The notes under the pieces are model-generated. The model ran no database searches and was not told the origin of the DNA. It saw only the letters and a program-made list of their open reading frames with translations. From Nageia nagi (lineage: Eukaryota; Plantae; Pinophyta), in assembly GCA_050084985.1 (NCBI GenBank), contig JBITNC010000001.1, positions 74,090,001 to 74,154,000 on the forward strand: a DNA stretch of 64,000 nucleotides, read 5' to 3'. Shown in pieces: positions 49,934-62,652 of the stretch; within the stretch, counting starts at the first letter, position 1; each line of letters starts with the position of its first letter. Both the position numbers and the translations under genes were made by a program.

Positions 49934-51068
49934 TCACAATTTTCAAAGTTTTATTTTGTTTTTAAGAAAATGTAATTATTTGTAGGAAATACTTTTATTA
50001 TATATGATAATTAATTCCCAAGTTTAAAATAGATGAGGATTTGCTCCCACAAACTTGGAGGACATCTTGCAATGCCATGGGTAATGTTTGATTGGACCAC
50101 TTATTATTTCTTAAAATCTATAATTAGAGTAAGGGAAACATTTTGGGTTGCCATAAAAACTATTTACAGCCCATTTAGGGTAATTTGTAGGGGATTAGAC
50201 ATTTTGCAATTGGGAGAGAACTTAAATTTTACTTCAAATGAAACAAGTTTCTTCTATTTGCTAATGTGTTATTATTCCAAGGAATTGAATGGTGAATGTA
50301 TCTCATTAATGGAATCATGAAGGTGTATTGAATGCTATTGCTATCTTGTATTATTTATATTTACATGGTTCATTTCATAAACCTCATACCAAGGTGGATG
50401 AAATGGTTTGTTGAAAATTATTTGAAGTAATATTTAAATGAAACTTGATGAGCAATAATTCATGGTTTGCATAATAGACTTGTGTCATCTAGGGTGACTC
50501 CTTTTATATTGCATAGTGCAAGAACTTCACTCCTTTATTGATGGTCTACCTATGATCTACCGACTATCATCCTTTCCTATAGCTTTATGCTCTTTTTAGT
50601 AGTTCATTCATGTAGTTTTCTAGTGACAAAGATAGAGAGTCTATGGAACTTGCATGAAGCTCAAGAGTAGACCCCATTCTCTACATTAATTGGCGAGATC
50701 ATATGCATCTATACCATACTCATATACCACCATCTAATCAACTCTTTTCTTTTATTTTTCATTTTTTTGTATAGTTTTCACACCCTCATTTCTTTTTTCC
50801 CTTTTTTTAGAAATAAAAAACTTTCTAGGATAGGGACCTTCAAGTCCTTGTTTAACAAATCTTATTTAACTTGGTAGCAACTTTAAATATCTCTACAAGA
50901 TCACCTAAGTGACCTCTTGCACATTCCACTATTGAACCTTTGAGGTAAATAGTCCTCATAGTGAGTAGGGGTCACACCTTATCACTTGGGTGTTGGTGTG
51001 TTTTCACAAGCCTTGTAGTTTTATTTGCCTATCAACAAGGTAGGAAAGAAAAAGTTCTCAACATAAAT

Positions 51069-51085
51069 TGGTGTTAGAAGGTGGG
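51069..51085 (+). promoter_or_regulatory. Primer-binding site, tRNA-Leu(CAA)-type
   Basis: TGGTGTTAGAAGGTGGG compared with TGGTGTCAGAAGTGGG, the complement of the plant tRNA-Leu 3' end as recalled. Confidence 0.75.
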
Positions 51086-51159
51086 CCAAAACTATTTATG
51101 TACCTAATAAAGAATTATCTTTACCTATACTTCATCAAACTAGGACCTAAAAAGCTTTG

Positions 51160-54100
51160 TTATATGACTTAAGGCCTAATAATAATAAAGCTCAACCTAA
51201 AGAAGAAGCAAAGAGCTCTTAGGAGACTAATGAATCTCATATTCAAAATCTTGATGATACCTCCACTTCTACCTCATTGGAAACATCAATCACTAGTCCT
51301 AGCTTACTAAAGAACTTGGTTCCACTCTTAAATAATACACAACCAAGTTTAGACCTATGTTGTTGTGCAAACACAACCTTCACTACAACCACGAGTGTAA
51401 GGACAACAAGGTTCTCAACCACAAGCTATAGCTAACCCACAAGCAAGAAGAATAATGAACAATACACCTCCTTCTTGGTTGAGATTGAATCCTATTAGTG
51501 TTCCTAGAGCTCAAAAATAAAACTTGAAGGAATACTAGAAATGCTTTTAGAAGTACAACCCTAATAGTCTCATGTCAGATGAAGACCACATCCAATCATA
51601 TATCAACATGTTAAACAGATTCTATATTGAGCATGAGGATGTGGCATGCAAAATGTTCCTTTATAATGTTGGCAAACTTGAACTTTAACACTTATAATGT
51701 TCCCTCATAGCCTAGTATTTCAAATCCTATGTAAGAATCTCTACCAAACATCCCAATGACTTCTAATGTAGTTTAGTCTAACCCCTTAGCCCTCACACAT
51801 ACCACACATTCTTCTCCATTCATCCCAATTCCCAATAACATGATGTCATTTTCCTCATCATCATTCATTCCATTAAGTGTTGATCTTATTGCTCAACTTA
51901 TCACTCAACTGTCACAACCTTCTCATACTAATCCTATACATAATCCTTTAGGGAAAGGAGAGTTAAATATCTTGAAGCAATTCTTAGGAATATCAAAAAA
52001 TCAAACAAAAGACCCTATTCCCCCTAAGAAAGACCAATAACTTATTAAACGAGAGTAGGAACTAGCTAGAAAATAGAGAGAATTGGAAAAAATGGAGAAG
52101 GATAAAAGTGATCTCAAGATGTTCTTGTCCAAAATGATGAAAAGAAACCAAGGGCCAAAAAATGTAAGTCTCAATCAGTAGCCAACCCCAAATAATGATC
52201 ACCCCATAAACCAAAATTTTCAATGGATAAATAAACCATGGAACACTAGACCAAACAATAGAGTAGATATGGTACCCAATCCTATGGCAAGAGACCTAGG
52301 GCCATATCAAATAAATAATGCTAATTTAACTAAGATTAGGTTGATTACTCGATGTATAATCTACAATGTTGCTCATGCCAAGTTCACTTATATAGAATTT
52401 CCCTATGTAATGAATATGATCCAATAAGAAAGAATTAATTAGGAGCTCACTCAACCATATGAACCAAAGTCTTAAGAAAATCACAATGAGACCTTGATGT
52501 TCAAGGTCTACATTGCCACATAAGATAAAGTACAAGATGAAGAGGTACCAAAACCTATACCAACCCTCTCTCAATCTATGTATGCAACTAAAGAAAATCC
52601 AAGGAGATTTAGCCTTGTATTTAAAACAAGGGAATAGAAACCATTGAGGAACCCAATCCTCCCCATTGTTTTCAAGTACCCCTAGATCAAGTGTCTTCAA
52701 ATAATCCTCCCCCACTAGGTCCAATTTTGTAACCAAATGTTGTTAAACATCAACAAACACTAATCATCCCTAGGATGGAAAAGGTCCAACTAACACAGGG
52801 TAGTTCTTCTCATCATGGATAGGTAGGGAATCCTAGTAAGAAACTGACTTAGATTAAGTAAGAGGTGGGCAAGTCTTCTTTAAACATCATAGAAACTCTC
52901 AAGCACACTAAAGTCAATATCAACTTGATGGATATACTAGAGTATGAGGAACCTTGTGAGAAAGTTATTGACCACCTAATTTCCATATGGAAATAGAAGA
53001 AAGAATGGATAAGAGTAATAGAATGACCAACACAATTGACTACTCCACCAATTATTGAATACTCACCAACCGCTTAGGTTCAAATGGCTCTGGAGAAAGC
53101 TAAGACACACACATCAAAAATAGCCATTCCTCCTTTCTTCATCACTTTAAGAGTGGTTGAAAAGAATTTACATAATTGAATGATGGATTTAGGTCCAATA
53201 TCAAACATCATGCCATATAAGGTGTACAAGGCATTTAATTTACTTATTACAAAGAGCCCTAATGGCATAACCTAGCTAGATGATACACTAGTTAAAGTGG
53301 TTGAAATAATCCATAGGTTACGCATCTAGATTATATCTAAGCCTCAAATTGAAGGAGACATAGATATGTAAGTGATTCAAATACCTCCAAATTATGGGAT
53401 GTTGCTCAATAGAGACTAATCAAAACTTTTGAATGGATTTTGGTCTACATGTTTCAAAAATGTATGGCTACCATGGAGAGGTTTTCCTAATCAAATCAAA
53501 GTTCAAGGAGAGCCATGTCTAAGGGACCTCATCATTGAGTACAATAATATAAATCAAGTAGCAATGGTAGAGCAAGATTTGGGCATCTATTGTCTTGAGG
53601 TTGACAAACCACCTTCTACTATTGAAACCCTTCCAACCTTATGCCCAACTACTGCCATTCCTAAAAATAAATAAATAGAAGTCAAATGTTGGATTCTCAA
53701 GTTTGATGGGTCTAAATACAAAATGGGTGGTGGAGCTAGAGTTGAATTATAGAATCCAAAAGGCAAGAAATACCAATCTTATTTCAAGCTAGAATTCTCT
53801 TATACATGTAAATCACCTTAATATGATGCCTTGACATAGGGCATGAGGATGGCTTTGGCCAAAGGTGTTGAGAATCTAGTAGTAATGGGAGACTTTGAGA
53901 TGGTAGTTTGAAAAAATAAAGGTTAATATGAATGTAAATATGATCACCTACCTTAGTATATGTCAAGGGCATGGAGTCTCATTGATGAATTCAAAGCCTT
54001 TAATATTAACAAAGTTTCCAAGAGATACAAAATTATGGTAGATTCCTTGGTAGTGGTGGCTAGTACTTTTTAGCCCATAGAAAATAGTAAATTGAAGCAT

Positions 54101-57100
54101 TTTACCATCCAAATGATGTATTCACCTTCTATGCTAGAAAACATTGAAAAAATTCAAATTTTTGAAGATAACCAACATATAGATAATTTTATGGCCAACA
54201 AAAGGGTTTTTGCTTCTCAACACATTGAAGATGAACCCATTAATACAAGTAAAGGTCACCAAGGGGATGAGAGTGATGAGTATATAGATGATGTTCTCTA
54301 GCTCAAAACCAATAAGCTCCCTAGAGAAATTATTGATCGAAAAAGGTTGCTTGATCAAGATTTCATACAACAAAACAAACCTAAAGAACATATTGATGTT
54401 GAAGAAACTAAAAAGATAAATCTTGGAATAGATCAAGACCTCAGGTACATACTCATTGGAAAATCTTTCCAAGGCAAGCTCTAAGATAAAATTATTAAGG
54501 ATTTTTTAGAATAGATTGATGTGATTTATTGGACATATGAGAAACTAAAAACCTATAATATAGGAATACTCACTCACACCATACTATTTAAGCTAGGTGC
54601 TAAACTCTTCTAGTAGAAGTAAAGAGTCTTGAAACCTTTGCTAGAACCCATTGTATTTTAGGAACTACAAAAGCTAGTTTAGTTGAGATAATTTTTAAGG
54701 TAAGAAAATCTACATGGGTAGCTAATATTGTTCCTTTATATAATAAATCCAAAGAGATAAGTGTATGCATAGAATTTTGGCATCTTATCTAGGCCTCATA
54801 CAAAGATAAGTACCCAATCCCATCACTTGATGAGGTCTTATAGATGGTGAACAATGCCTAGATGATATCCTTTTTATATGGGTACTTTAGCTACAACTAA
54901 ATCCTAGTAGATTAGAAAGATCAACTAATAAATTCCTTCACCACCAAGTGGGGAAATTTTGCATACCATTGTATGCCATTCAGGTTAATCAACTTGATGC
55001 CACATTCCATAGAGCTATGCACTTTGCAATCAAAGGAATGGTTGGAAAGAACATTATCATTAATATGGATGACCTAAGTGCATAATCCAAAGATAACAGT
55101 GATCACCTACAACATCTAAGGTAAATATTCCAAAGGTGTTAAGAATTTAGAATATCTTTGAACCCTAAGAAATGCATATTCAAGATCATGAAATGGAGAT
55201 TGATAGGACATATCATATCCAAAAAGGGGATATCCATTAACCTTGAAAGGGTAGTAGCCATTGAAAATATTTCATATCAATCAAATTTAAAAGAGATCAG
55301 ATCCTTTATGGGAAAAATAATTTTTTCACAAATTCATCTTAGGGTATGTTGAGATAGTAAAATCTTTGACATAAATGATGAAAAAGGATGCCAAGATAAA
55401 ATGGAAAAATGAGGCAAAGAAATACTTTCATGATATTAAGGAAGCCATAACCGAAGCACCAATCTTGACTAGTCTAGATTACAAGAAAGCTTTTTATCTT
55501 TACTCATTTGCTTTGGAATACTCAGTAGCAAGGGTCCTAACTTAGAAGTAAAATGATGAAAAATAGAAACCCATTGCATTCATGAGTATGTCACTAAAAT
55601 ATGTTATTCTCTACTATCCCATGTTAGATAAATAATCTTATGCTTTGGTCTAGGTAGTGAAGAAGGTCCATCATTATATCTTTTGTAGCCAGATTATTGC
55701 CATAGTACCTAACCCTTCCATCAAGAATTTATTATCTCATGAGGAATTGGGTTTCTAGAGAGGAGATTGGGTTTCATCATTACAAGAGTTTGACTTGACC
55801 ATACAACCTATGAATATTGTAAGAGGTCAAGGGCTCTCTCAAACTCTAACATCCTATCAAGATGAACAAGTGTCCTAGTCCCTGGAGGATGATACTAGCT
55901 CAATTTTGCATGTTTATCAAATTTTTGATTCACCTTAGTCTTGGTACACTAAGGTTGTACAATATATCACTTCAAGAGAATATCCTCCAAAGTTCATTTT
56001 AGCATAAAAAAGAGCCTTGAGGTACAAGGATGCAAAATTCTTGATCAAGGATGGGGTCATCTATAAAAGAAATTTCCATGGACTATACTTAAGATGCTTG
56101 GAGAAAGAGAAATCCTAGGAAATTATTGAAGAATTTCATTACAAATAAGTTGGAATTGATCATGCACTAGGAAATGCCTTGGTCCACTAAATATTGCAAG
56201 TTGATTATTATTGGTCCTATTTATTTCGAGATGCCCATTAGTATGCCAAAATGTATCATCATTTCTATACCATAGAAGGAAGGGAGATATTTTCAAGTAT
56301 ACCTTTATAACCAGTCCTAAAGTCAAATCCATTTGCAAAGTAGGGACTGGACTTTGTGGAGGTGATAATCCCCATTCCTCCAAGAGACATCAATTCATTT
56401 TAACAATAATAGATCATTACACTAGGTGTACTGAGGCTATCACAATAAAGAATGCCATATCTAAGGTGGTTATTCAATTCCTTAAGGAATATATTTTGAC
56501 CTAGTTCAATACTTTGTTCTCTATTATGTGTGATAATGGTCTAGGGTTTATCTCAACTAAGTTGTTAGATTAGGCTTCATCCCATAACATCTCATTGATA
56601 TTCTCCACCAATTATTACCCTTAAGAGAATGGTTTATTTAAGTCCACAAATAATAACTTTTTGATAGTCCCAAAGAAGCTACTTGTTAAGAACCCATGAG
56701 ATTGGTATAGTAAGCTAAAATATGCTTTATGGGTAGATTGGATAAGAACTAAGAATGCACTAAGAATGAGTCCTTTTTAGATCATTTATGGGGTAGAGCT
56801 GGGTTTCCTTGCATAACTCAAGATTGAAATATTGTAATTTATAAAGAACTAAATTGAGGTCATTGATGCGTTAGAGGCATACTTGGTTCAAATGGCACAT
56901 ATCGAGGAGAGAAGAGACCAAGCCTTCCAAAATCTCACCTGATAACAACTAGAAATAAAGTGATGGTTTGATTGCAACAAAACGGATGAAGAGATTCTAG
57001 GTTAGAGACTTGGTACTTTGGTGGAACAAAGCTCACAAGGATAAGGGAATGTACACCAAGTTTGATAGATTATGACTTATCCCTCTCCAGATAGCTACAA

Positions 57101-57200
57101 TGGTGAGCTTAACCACCTTCAAGCAGAGATGCCTCATGGGTGAAGAATTGCCCCTACCAATTAATGGCAAGCATTTTAAACACTACTTCAAACCATGAGC
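51160..57200 (+). pseudogene. gag-pol of the Tat element: gag, protease, additional RNase H, RT, RNase H, integrase
   Basis: gag DEDHIQSY..IEHEDVACKMF (~51580-51660). PR PPFFITL..LHN*MMDLGPISNIMP (~53125-53220). aRH WILKFDGSKYKMGGGA, GDFEMVV (~53690-54060). RT YPIPSLDEVL, FTTKWGNFAYHCMPF, NMDDL, LNPKKCIF. RH DYKKAFYLYSFA. INT FILTIIDHYTRCTEA, CDNGLGF, PLPINGKHFKHYF. Confidence 0.9.
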
Positions 57201-58115
57201 TTCACCCTCAACCATGTATCATATTGTAAATAGTTTCATCTAAAAAATAAAAACAAAATAATATATATGAATAAAATATAAAAAATTCTTTCCAAAATCC
57301 CTGCTATTGGGGATTTTCAAAGAGTAACCATGATTAGGCATAGGTAATCCTTTTTTCTAGAGATTATAGTTGGAACAAACACTCTGGGTGATGCTAAATG
57401 AAATTATTTGATGTAATATGTGCAAGCATATTTGTATAGTGGCCAAACTTAGGGGAAGGTTTCCCTTTCTCTAGAGACTATGGTTGGAATAGACACTCCA
57501 AATGAACACAATATCCTTGGACTTGGACCATAATGTAGGTTTCCCTATGGCTACTCAAATAGCAAGTGAGAGTTTACTCACTCTAATGAAATTGATAATG
57601 CAATCATGAGTGAAAATGGTAACATAGGCTCATTCCTTATGGAAGAAGTAAGTCACTATGTATCCATGTATTAAGATTTGCCTTAAGGATACCAAGTTGT
57701 TCTTCCTACAATTGTTAACCACCATAGTCAAAGTTATTGATTTCATATCTTGTTATAGTTTAAGGGTTATTCTATTGCCTTTGTTTTGTTGTTGTTTTTA
57801 TTTTAGCATATGTTATGACTAAAATACAACATGCCCCAAAATCCTATGATTTTAGTGACCCTAATGTCCCATGTAAATACTTAGTCATGTAGTAGCCTTT
57901 CCCAACCCAAGTGATGTCAAAAGACATAGATTTTAAGATAATCCTCTCAAGTTCAAGTCTCATCTTTCATCTAGAGTCAGTTATACCATGCCCAAATTTG
58001 AAATTTCATTGAAAAATGGCAAAGTTTAGAAATTAGAAGTCACCTTAGGTGAACCAGGGGAGATTGGCACTAGTCAAAACAAAGTCAAGTTTAATTAGGT
58101 GTCTCAAAGGGATGA

Positions 58116-59074
58116 TGCATGATTCAAAAATATAAAATATTATATTTTTGAATCATGAGATGGAACTTGAAGGCTATATAAGCTGGAAGGGAAGGATGAA
58201 ATGCAATCTAGGTCACTTTCTATCCCAATGTATACCTCTAGGAGACAAAATCATAACTTTTTGAAGAATGCACCAGATGCAAGAAGCATACTAGATCAAA
58301 TGATGCTCAAAAAGACTAAAACAAGGATTTTTAAGGCTAGTGCATGATTACAAAAGATAAAATCTTATCTTTTTGAATCATATGACTAAACTAGGAGTGA
58401 TAATTGGATAAGTTTTTAGGAATGGAAAGCGAATCTCAAGCACTCAAAAGGTTGGTGCATACCTCAAAAAGACACCATCTTATCTTTTTGAACCATGTAA
58501 CTAGCTTAAGAAAGTAGGCTAATTGGTCAAATGGGGAAAAATTATCAAGTATGAAGCCTAGAAACCCAAGGACAAGTACAACATATCTAGGAGGGCTAGT
58601 GCATGATTGCAAAAGATATAATTTTGACTTTTTAAAACATGTACCAGGCTTAGAGGCCTCTAGAATTGAGTAAAGTTGGAAACTTTAGCAAAGGTATGAA
58701 GGAAAATCATTAAAGAAAAAAAATTAGGCTATTTAGAGGATTACACATGATTCAAAAAGATACAATCTTATCTTTTAAAATCATGCAATCAACTTGGATG
58801 GGAAGGAGAGGTTGGTGCATGCCTCGAAAGTTAAAAACATGACTTTTGGAATCATGCATCAGGCTTAAGGAGAGCCCAAGCTAAGGTGAAAGATCAAATT
58901 TAGCAAGTTTGAATCCTAGAAAGGCCAAAAATTAGGAAGGATCAGACCATATGGTTAGTTCATAATCAAGAAAAGTAAGCAAACAAGTAGGAAGTACCAA
59001 CATTTGGAGAATACATACCCCCAAGGCTGGTGCATGATTCAAAAAGACATAATTTTATCTTTTTTTATCATGTG
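58116..59074. repeat. Array of eight ~44-bp palindromic repeats with non-repeated spacers (3' LTR)
   Basis: Starts at 58116, 58229, 58341, 58456, 58600, 58744, 58816, 59031. Confidence 0.9.
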
Positions 59075-59507
59075 CCAGGCCAGGATGAGCATTAAATTCC
59101 TAATGTCTAGTCCAAGGTAGCTTGATATGATATTTTGCATTGATATACATCTCAAGGTCATCCAAATTAAGGGATGAGATCTAGTTTGTTACTAACCCTA
59201 ATCAATTAGGTTAACTAGGATCCATTTTAGCTATAAATAAAAGCATGGGGACTTCATTCTCTCAAATTCAAAACTTGCTCCTCTTCCCATTTTACACCAA
59301 AGTAGCTATAAATAGTAGACTTTTTAAGTGTGGATCCTATTACTATTCATAATAGGGCTTGGACAAGCACATGGGAGGTAAAATAGCCAAATGTGGAGGA
59401 ACCTTCACCACTTAGAAAGGAAACTATGGCTTTGCCCATCAATGCAACAACTATAATTAGGATTGCTACCCACCTATGCATTACCCTTGAGAGACCTCAT
59501 TGCAACT

Positions 59508-62500
59508 ATGAATATCATGACATCACTAGGGACTTTGAGAGGTTGAGACAAGATTGCATCTCACCATCTATGAGAGATAATATCAACTTTGCCAAGGGGC
59601 TAAATTCTTAAGAAACTATCTTGCTAGCATCAAAGACACATATTGGAAAGACATGGACCCCTAACAAATTGGAGAGAAAATTTAGGGTTTGGCTACCATT
59701 GACTTCAAACAAGGCATCATCTTTATCTTTGGAAATCTCCACATGTGCATTCACACCCTTCACAGGTTTGTTTCTAGAATTATGCATGGAGGTTGGTCAT
59801 CACTAAAAAAAAGGGAAGAGAACTTTTTGTGACATTAAATGAAATATTATTATGGACCTCAGCCATAATTCCATCAAAATGACATTCCAATAGATTTCAA
59901 AGGTAAATTTTGATTGTAGCAAGGTATAATCACTGGCATGCTACCAAGAGAACAATAAGGCTACCATAGAAATCAATCACTAGATGTTGGATAAGCAAGA
60001 TGGGCTCAAGGGGAACTCTCTCATACATGTCGTTCACTCTAGTTTCTACCCTTTAGTTGAGTTGATGATCTTGATTTTATCTAGAGTTCTTGGGAAGGAA
60101 GATGCTTCGAAGTTTAGGAAATAATTCTTTGGTATAATCATTGACATTATGAGAGGGAAGAGAATCAGGTGGAACAAAGTGTTGAGTGACATAATTTCTA
60201 ATCAGGTCTCATCCATAGGAACCACTCATAAATTCTACCTCAATTCATATTTGGTATACTCTTAGAGATGAATCATGAAAGGGATCTATGCCATTTGGAG
60301 ATGTTACCCCAAATGGAAGCTTGAGAGGAGATATGATAGTTTCATAATGAAAAATGATGTATGGGAGTATGATATATACAAGGAGCTTAAAGGAGAAATC
60401 ACAATGGTGGGGATCTCAAATTTAGTCCAAGATGCATTGAAGAAATACATGGACTTCTTCCTCCATCACTAACACTATTCCTACCTTAGAATTCATGGGT
60501 TATCCATACCACCATACCAATTGTCAAGGTTTGTGAGCAACAAATTATTCTTTATGGAGATAGTGAGATAGTTGGTCTTTTTACATGAATATGTATGGCA
60601 AAAGAAGTTGACCACTTCAAACTTACCAATCATAGTAGGTGAATACTAGTGTAAGTCATGGGAAGATGTTGATACTATGAATGAAGAGTTGGCAAGATTT
60701 AATTTCAGGAAGATGCCTATCATTGACAATTATGACCTTAACCACAAGATGCATAAGTTCTACATGATGGAAAGGAAGAAAGCATATGAGCACAAACCAC
60801 TTAAAGAAGAGGAATATTTTTCAAAATATGAGTAATGAGGTAGAGATGAGAAAGATTTATGAAAGGATGCATAAAGAAGCCCATGATTAGCAAGACCTTA
60901 TCGAGTCCACCATCAATAAGAGGTTGTCACAACAAAAGGGGAGAATATCTCAAAAATCCACTTCTAGGGTTACCTAGTTTCCTCCCATGATTGAAATACC
61001 AGTTGGGTAGTATGCATTGATGCATGGCAAGAACCTAGTAGATAAGTTAGTACAAGTCTAGGATGCTAATGATGAACATGAAATGAGAGATCTAGAGGGT
61101 GTGGTTGCTGATAAGGTAGTAAAGTGTGTCATAAATAGATAGAAGGACCCATCACCACCATCCATACCACCTAGGAGAATTATTGTGAATCCATATCCAT
61201 TTATTCCACCATTAAGGTCTTCTTCTTCTAGTCCTATGTACCATCTTGATGAGAATTAAGAAGAAGGGAAAATTAGAGGTCCAAAAGTAGAGCATGAGGT
61301 GAATGCCACACAATAGGATGATATCCTACATGACTAGTAAGAAGAGGAATCTTTAGAGATATTGAGGGTGGTATACAATCTTACATCTTTTGGGCTATCT
61401 ATAAAGAAGGCTTAGAGATCAACATCAAAGATAGTATAGAAAAGGATGTAGCTAAAAAGAACTTCACAATCACGAACCATAGAGATTTAAGAAGAGCTTG
61501 GTGAAGAAAAGGAAATATCTTCGAAGAGAGCTAAGAAAAATATCACTACCTTTCAAGAGGTAATTATTTAAACTTACAATCTATCACATACAAATGAATG
61601 GTGACTTAATATAGAGAAGTGTCTAGATATGTTCAACATGGACATCAAGGATGAGTTCAAAGTGAGAGAGAAGAATGATCAAAATGGAGAAATTTCTACT
61701 CACCCTAACAAGATCCAAACATATGTACACTTGACTAATAATGCAATCCACATAAATACCATAATTGTTGATAAGGAGTATCCACAACATCCTAAAGACC
61801 TTATATAGATTAACCAAATCATCAACACAAGTCCTATTGGTTTGGCTAGTTCGAAACATGCAATCATATCCAATGCTGAGGTAATTACCAAAGATGGCAT
61901 GGTGAAGGAAAAGGAAATCAAGAGCCTCAACAAGATGTTAGCTACATAGAAGAAGTTGATTAGAGAGGTAGAATCTACTAAGGTGTGCATAGAGGAGCCT
62001 TGAAAGATAAAACCACTCAAATAGGGCATGCTTGTTGTAAAGTAAGAAGAGATTGAAGAGGTCTTAGTGATAGTATGATAGTTTATTGATGCATTGAAGA
62101 GCATAGATTTCAAATAGTAGAAGCTAAAGGAAATTATAGTGGAGAGAGCCAACCTTCTTAGAATTATGGATTCTTGAAGGCCTATGATCATGAACTTTGA
62201 GATAACACATGATCAAGGGCCTGAAGATGTGAAGTTTTATGAAGAGTATTGGTTCTACTTGGTTGTATCAACCAAATAGCCACACATTTCCAAAAATTGC
62301 AAAAAGAGTTTTAAAATCTCAATGAGAAGGCTAATATAATCATTGACTATATGGAGTTCCAAGTCAAGTTTGTTGATGATAATAATGCCACCAGGGATGA
62401 ATACCTAGTAGTTACAAAAGTGAGAACTTTCTACATAGCTTAATCATGACTAACAATGTCCACACTTTCTAAATAGGGAGCGATTTAAAGCACTTGTTAA

Positions 62501-62652
62501 AGCTCACACTTGGAGAGACAATATGCATAGGATAGTGCATAAGGAATAGGCCAAATTTGTCAAAAATGTCGCATGGGTTAGAACTCATAGCAAAGTTCCT
62601 AGATGAAGCTTTCAAGGGGTGCATTGAGGAGTTGGAACCATAAGTGCCATAG
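59508..62652 (+). pseudogene. Second copy of the LTR-internal ORF (3' LTR)
   Basis: FFGIIIDIMRGKRIRWNKVLSDIISNQVSSIGTTHKFYLNSYLVY; ORF 60275..60472 IWRCYPKWKLERRYDSFIMKND..DFFLHH. Confidence 0.7.

Larger units (their letters stand above)
45126..51063 (+). repeat. 5' LTR (5938 bp)
   Basis: Colinear over its full length with 57811-63784; about 30 differences in the first ~195 bp by hand count. Ends in CAACA, 5 nt before the PBS. Confidence 0.9.

Noticed and set aside
49960-51063. A shorter ~1.1-kb LTR with the ORF as an internal 3' gene
   Set aside because: No PPT or clean TG start near 49970. The TSD and termini match only the full 5.9-kb unit.
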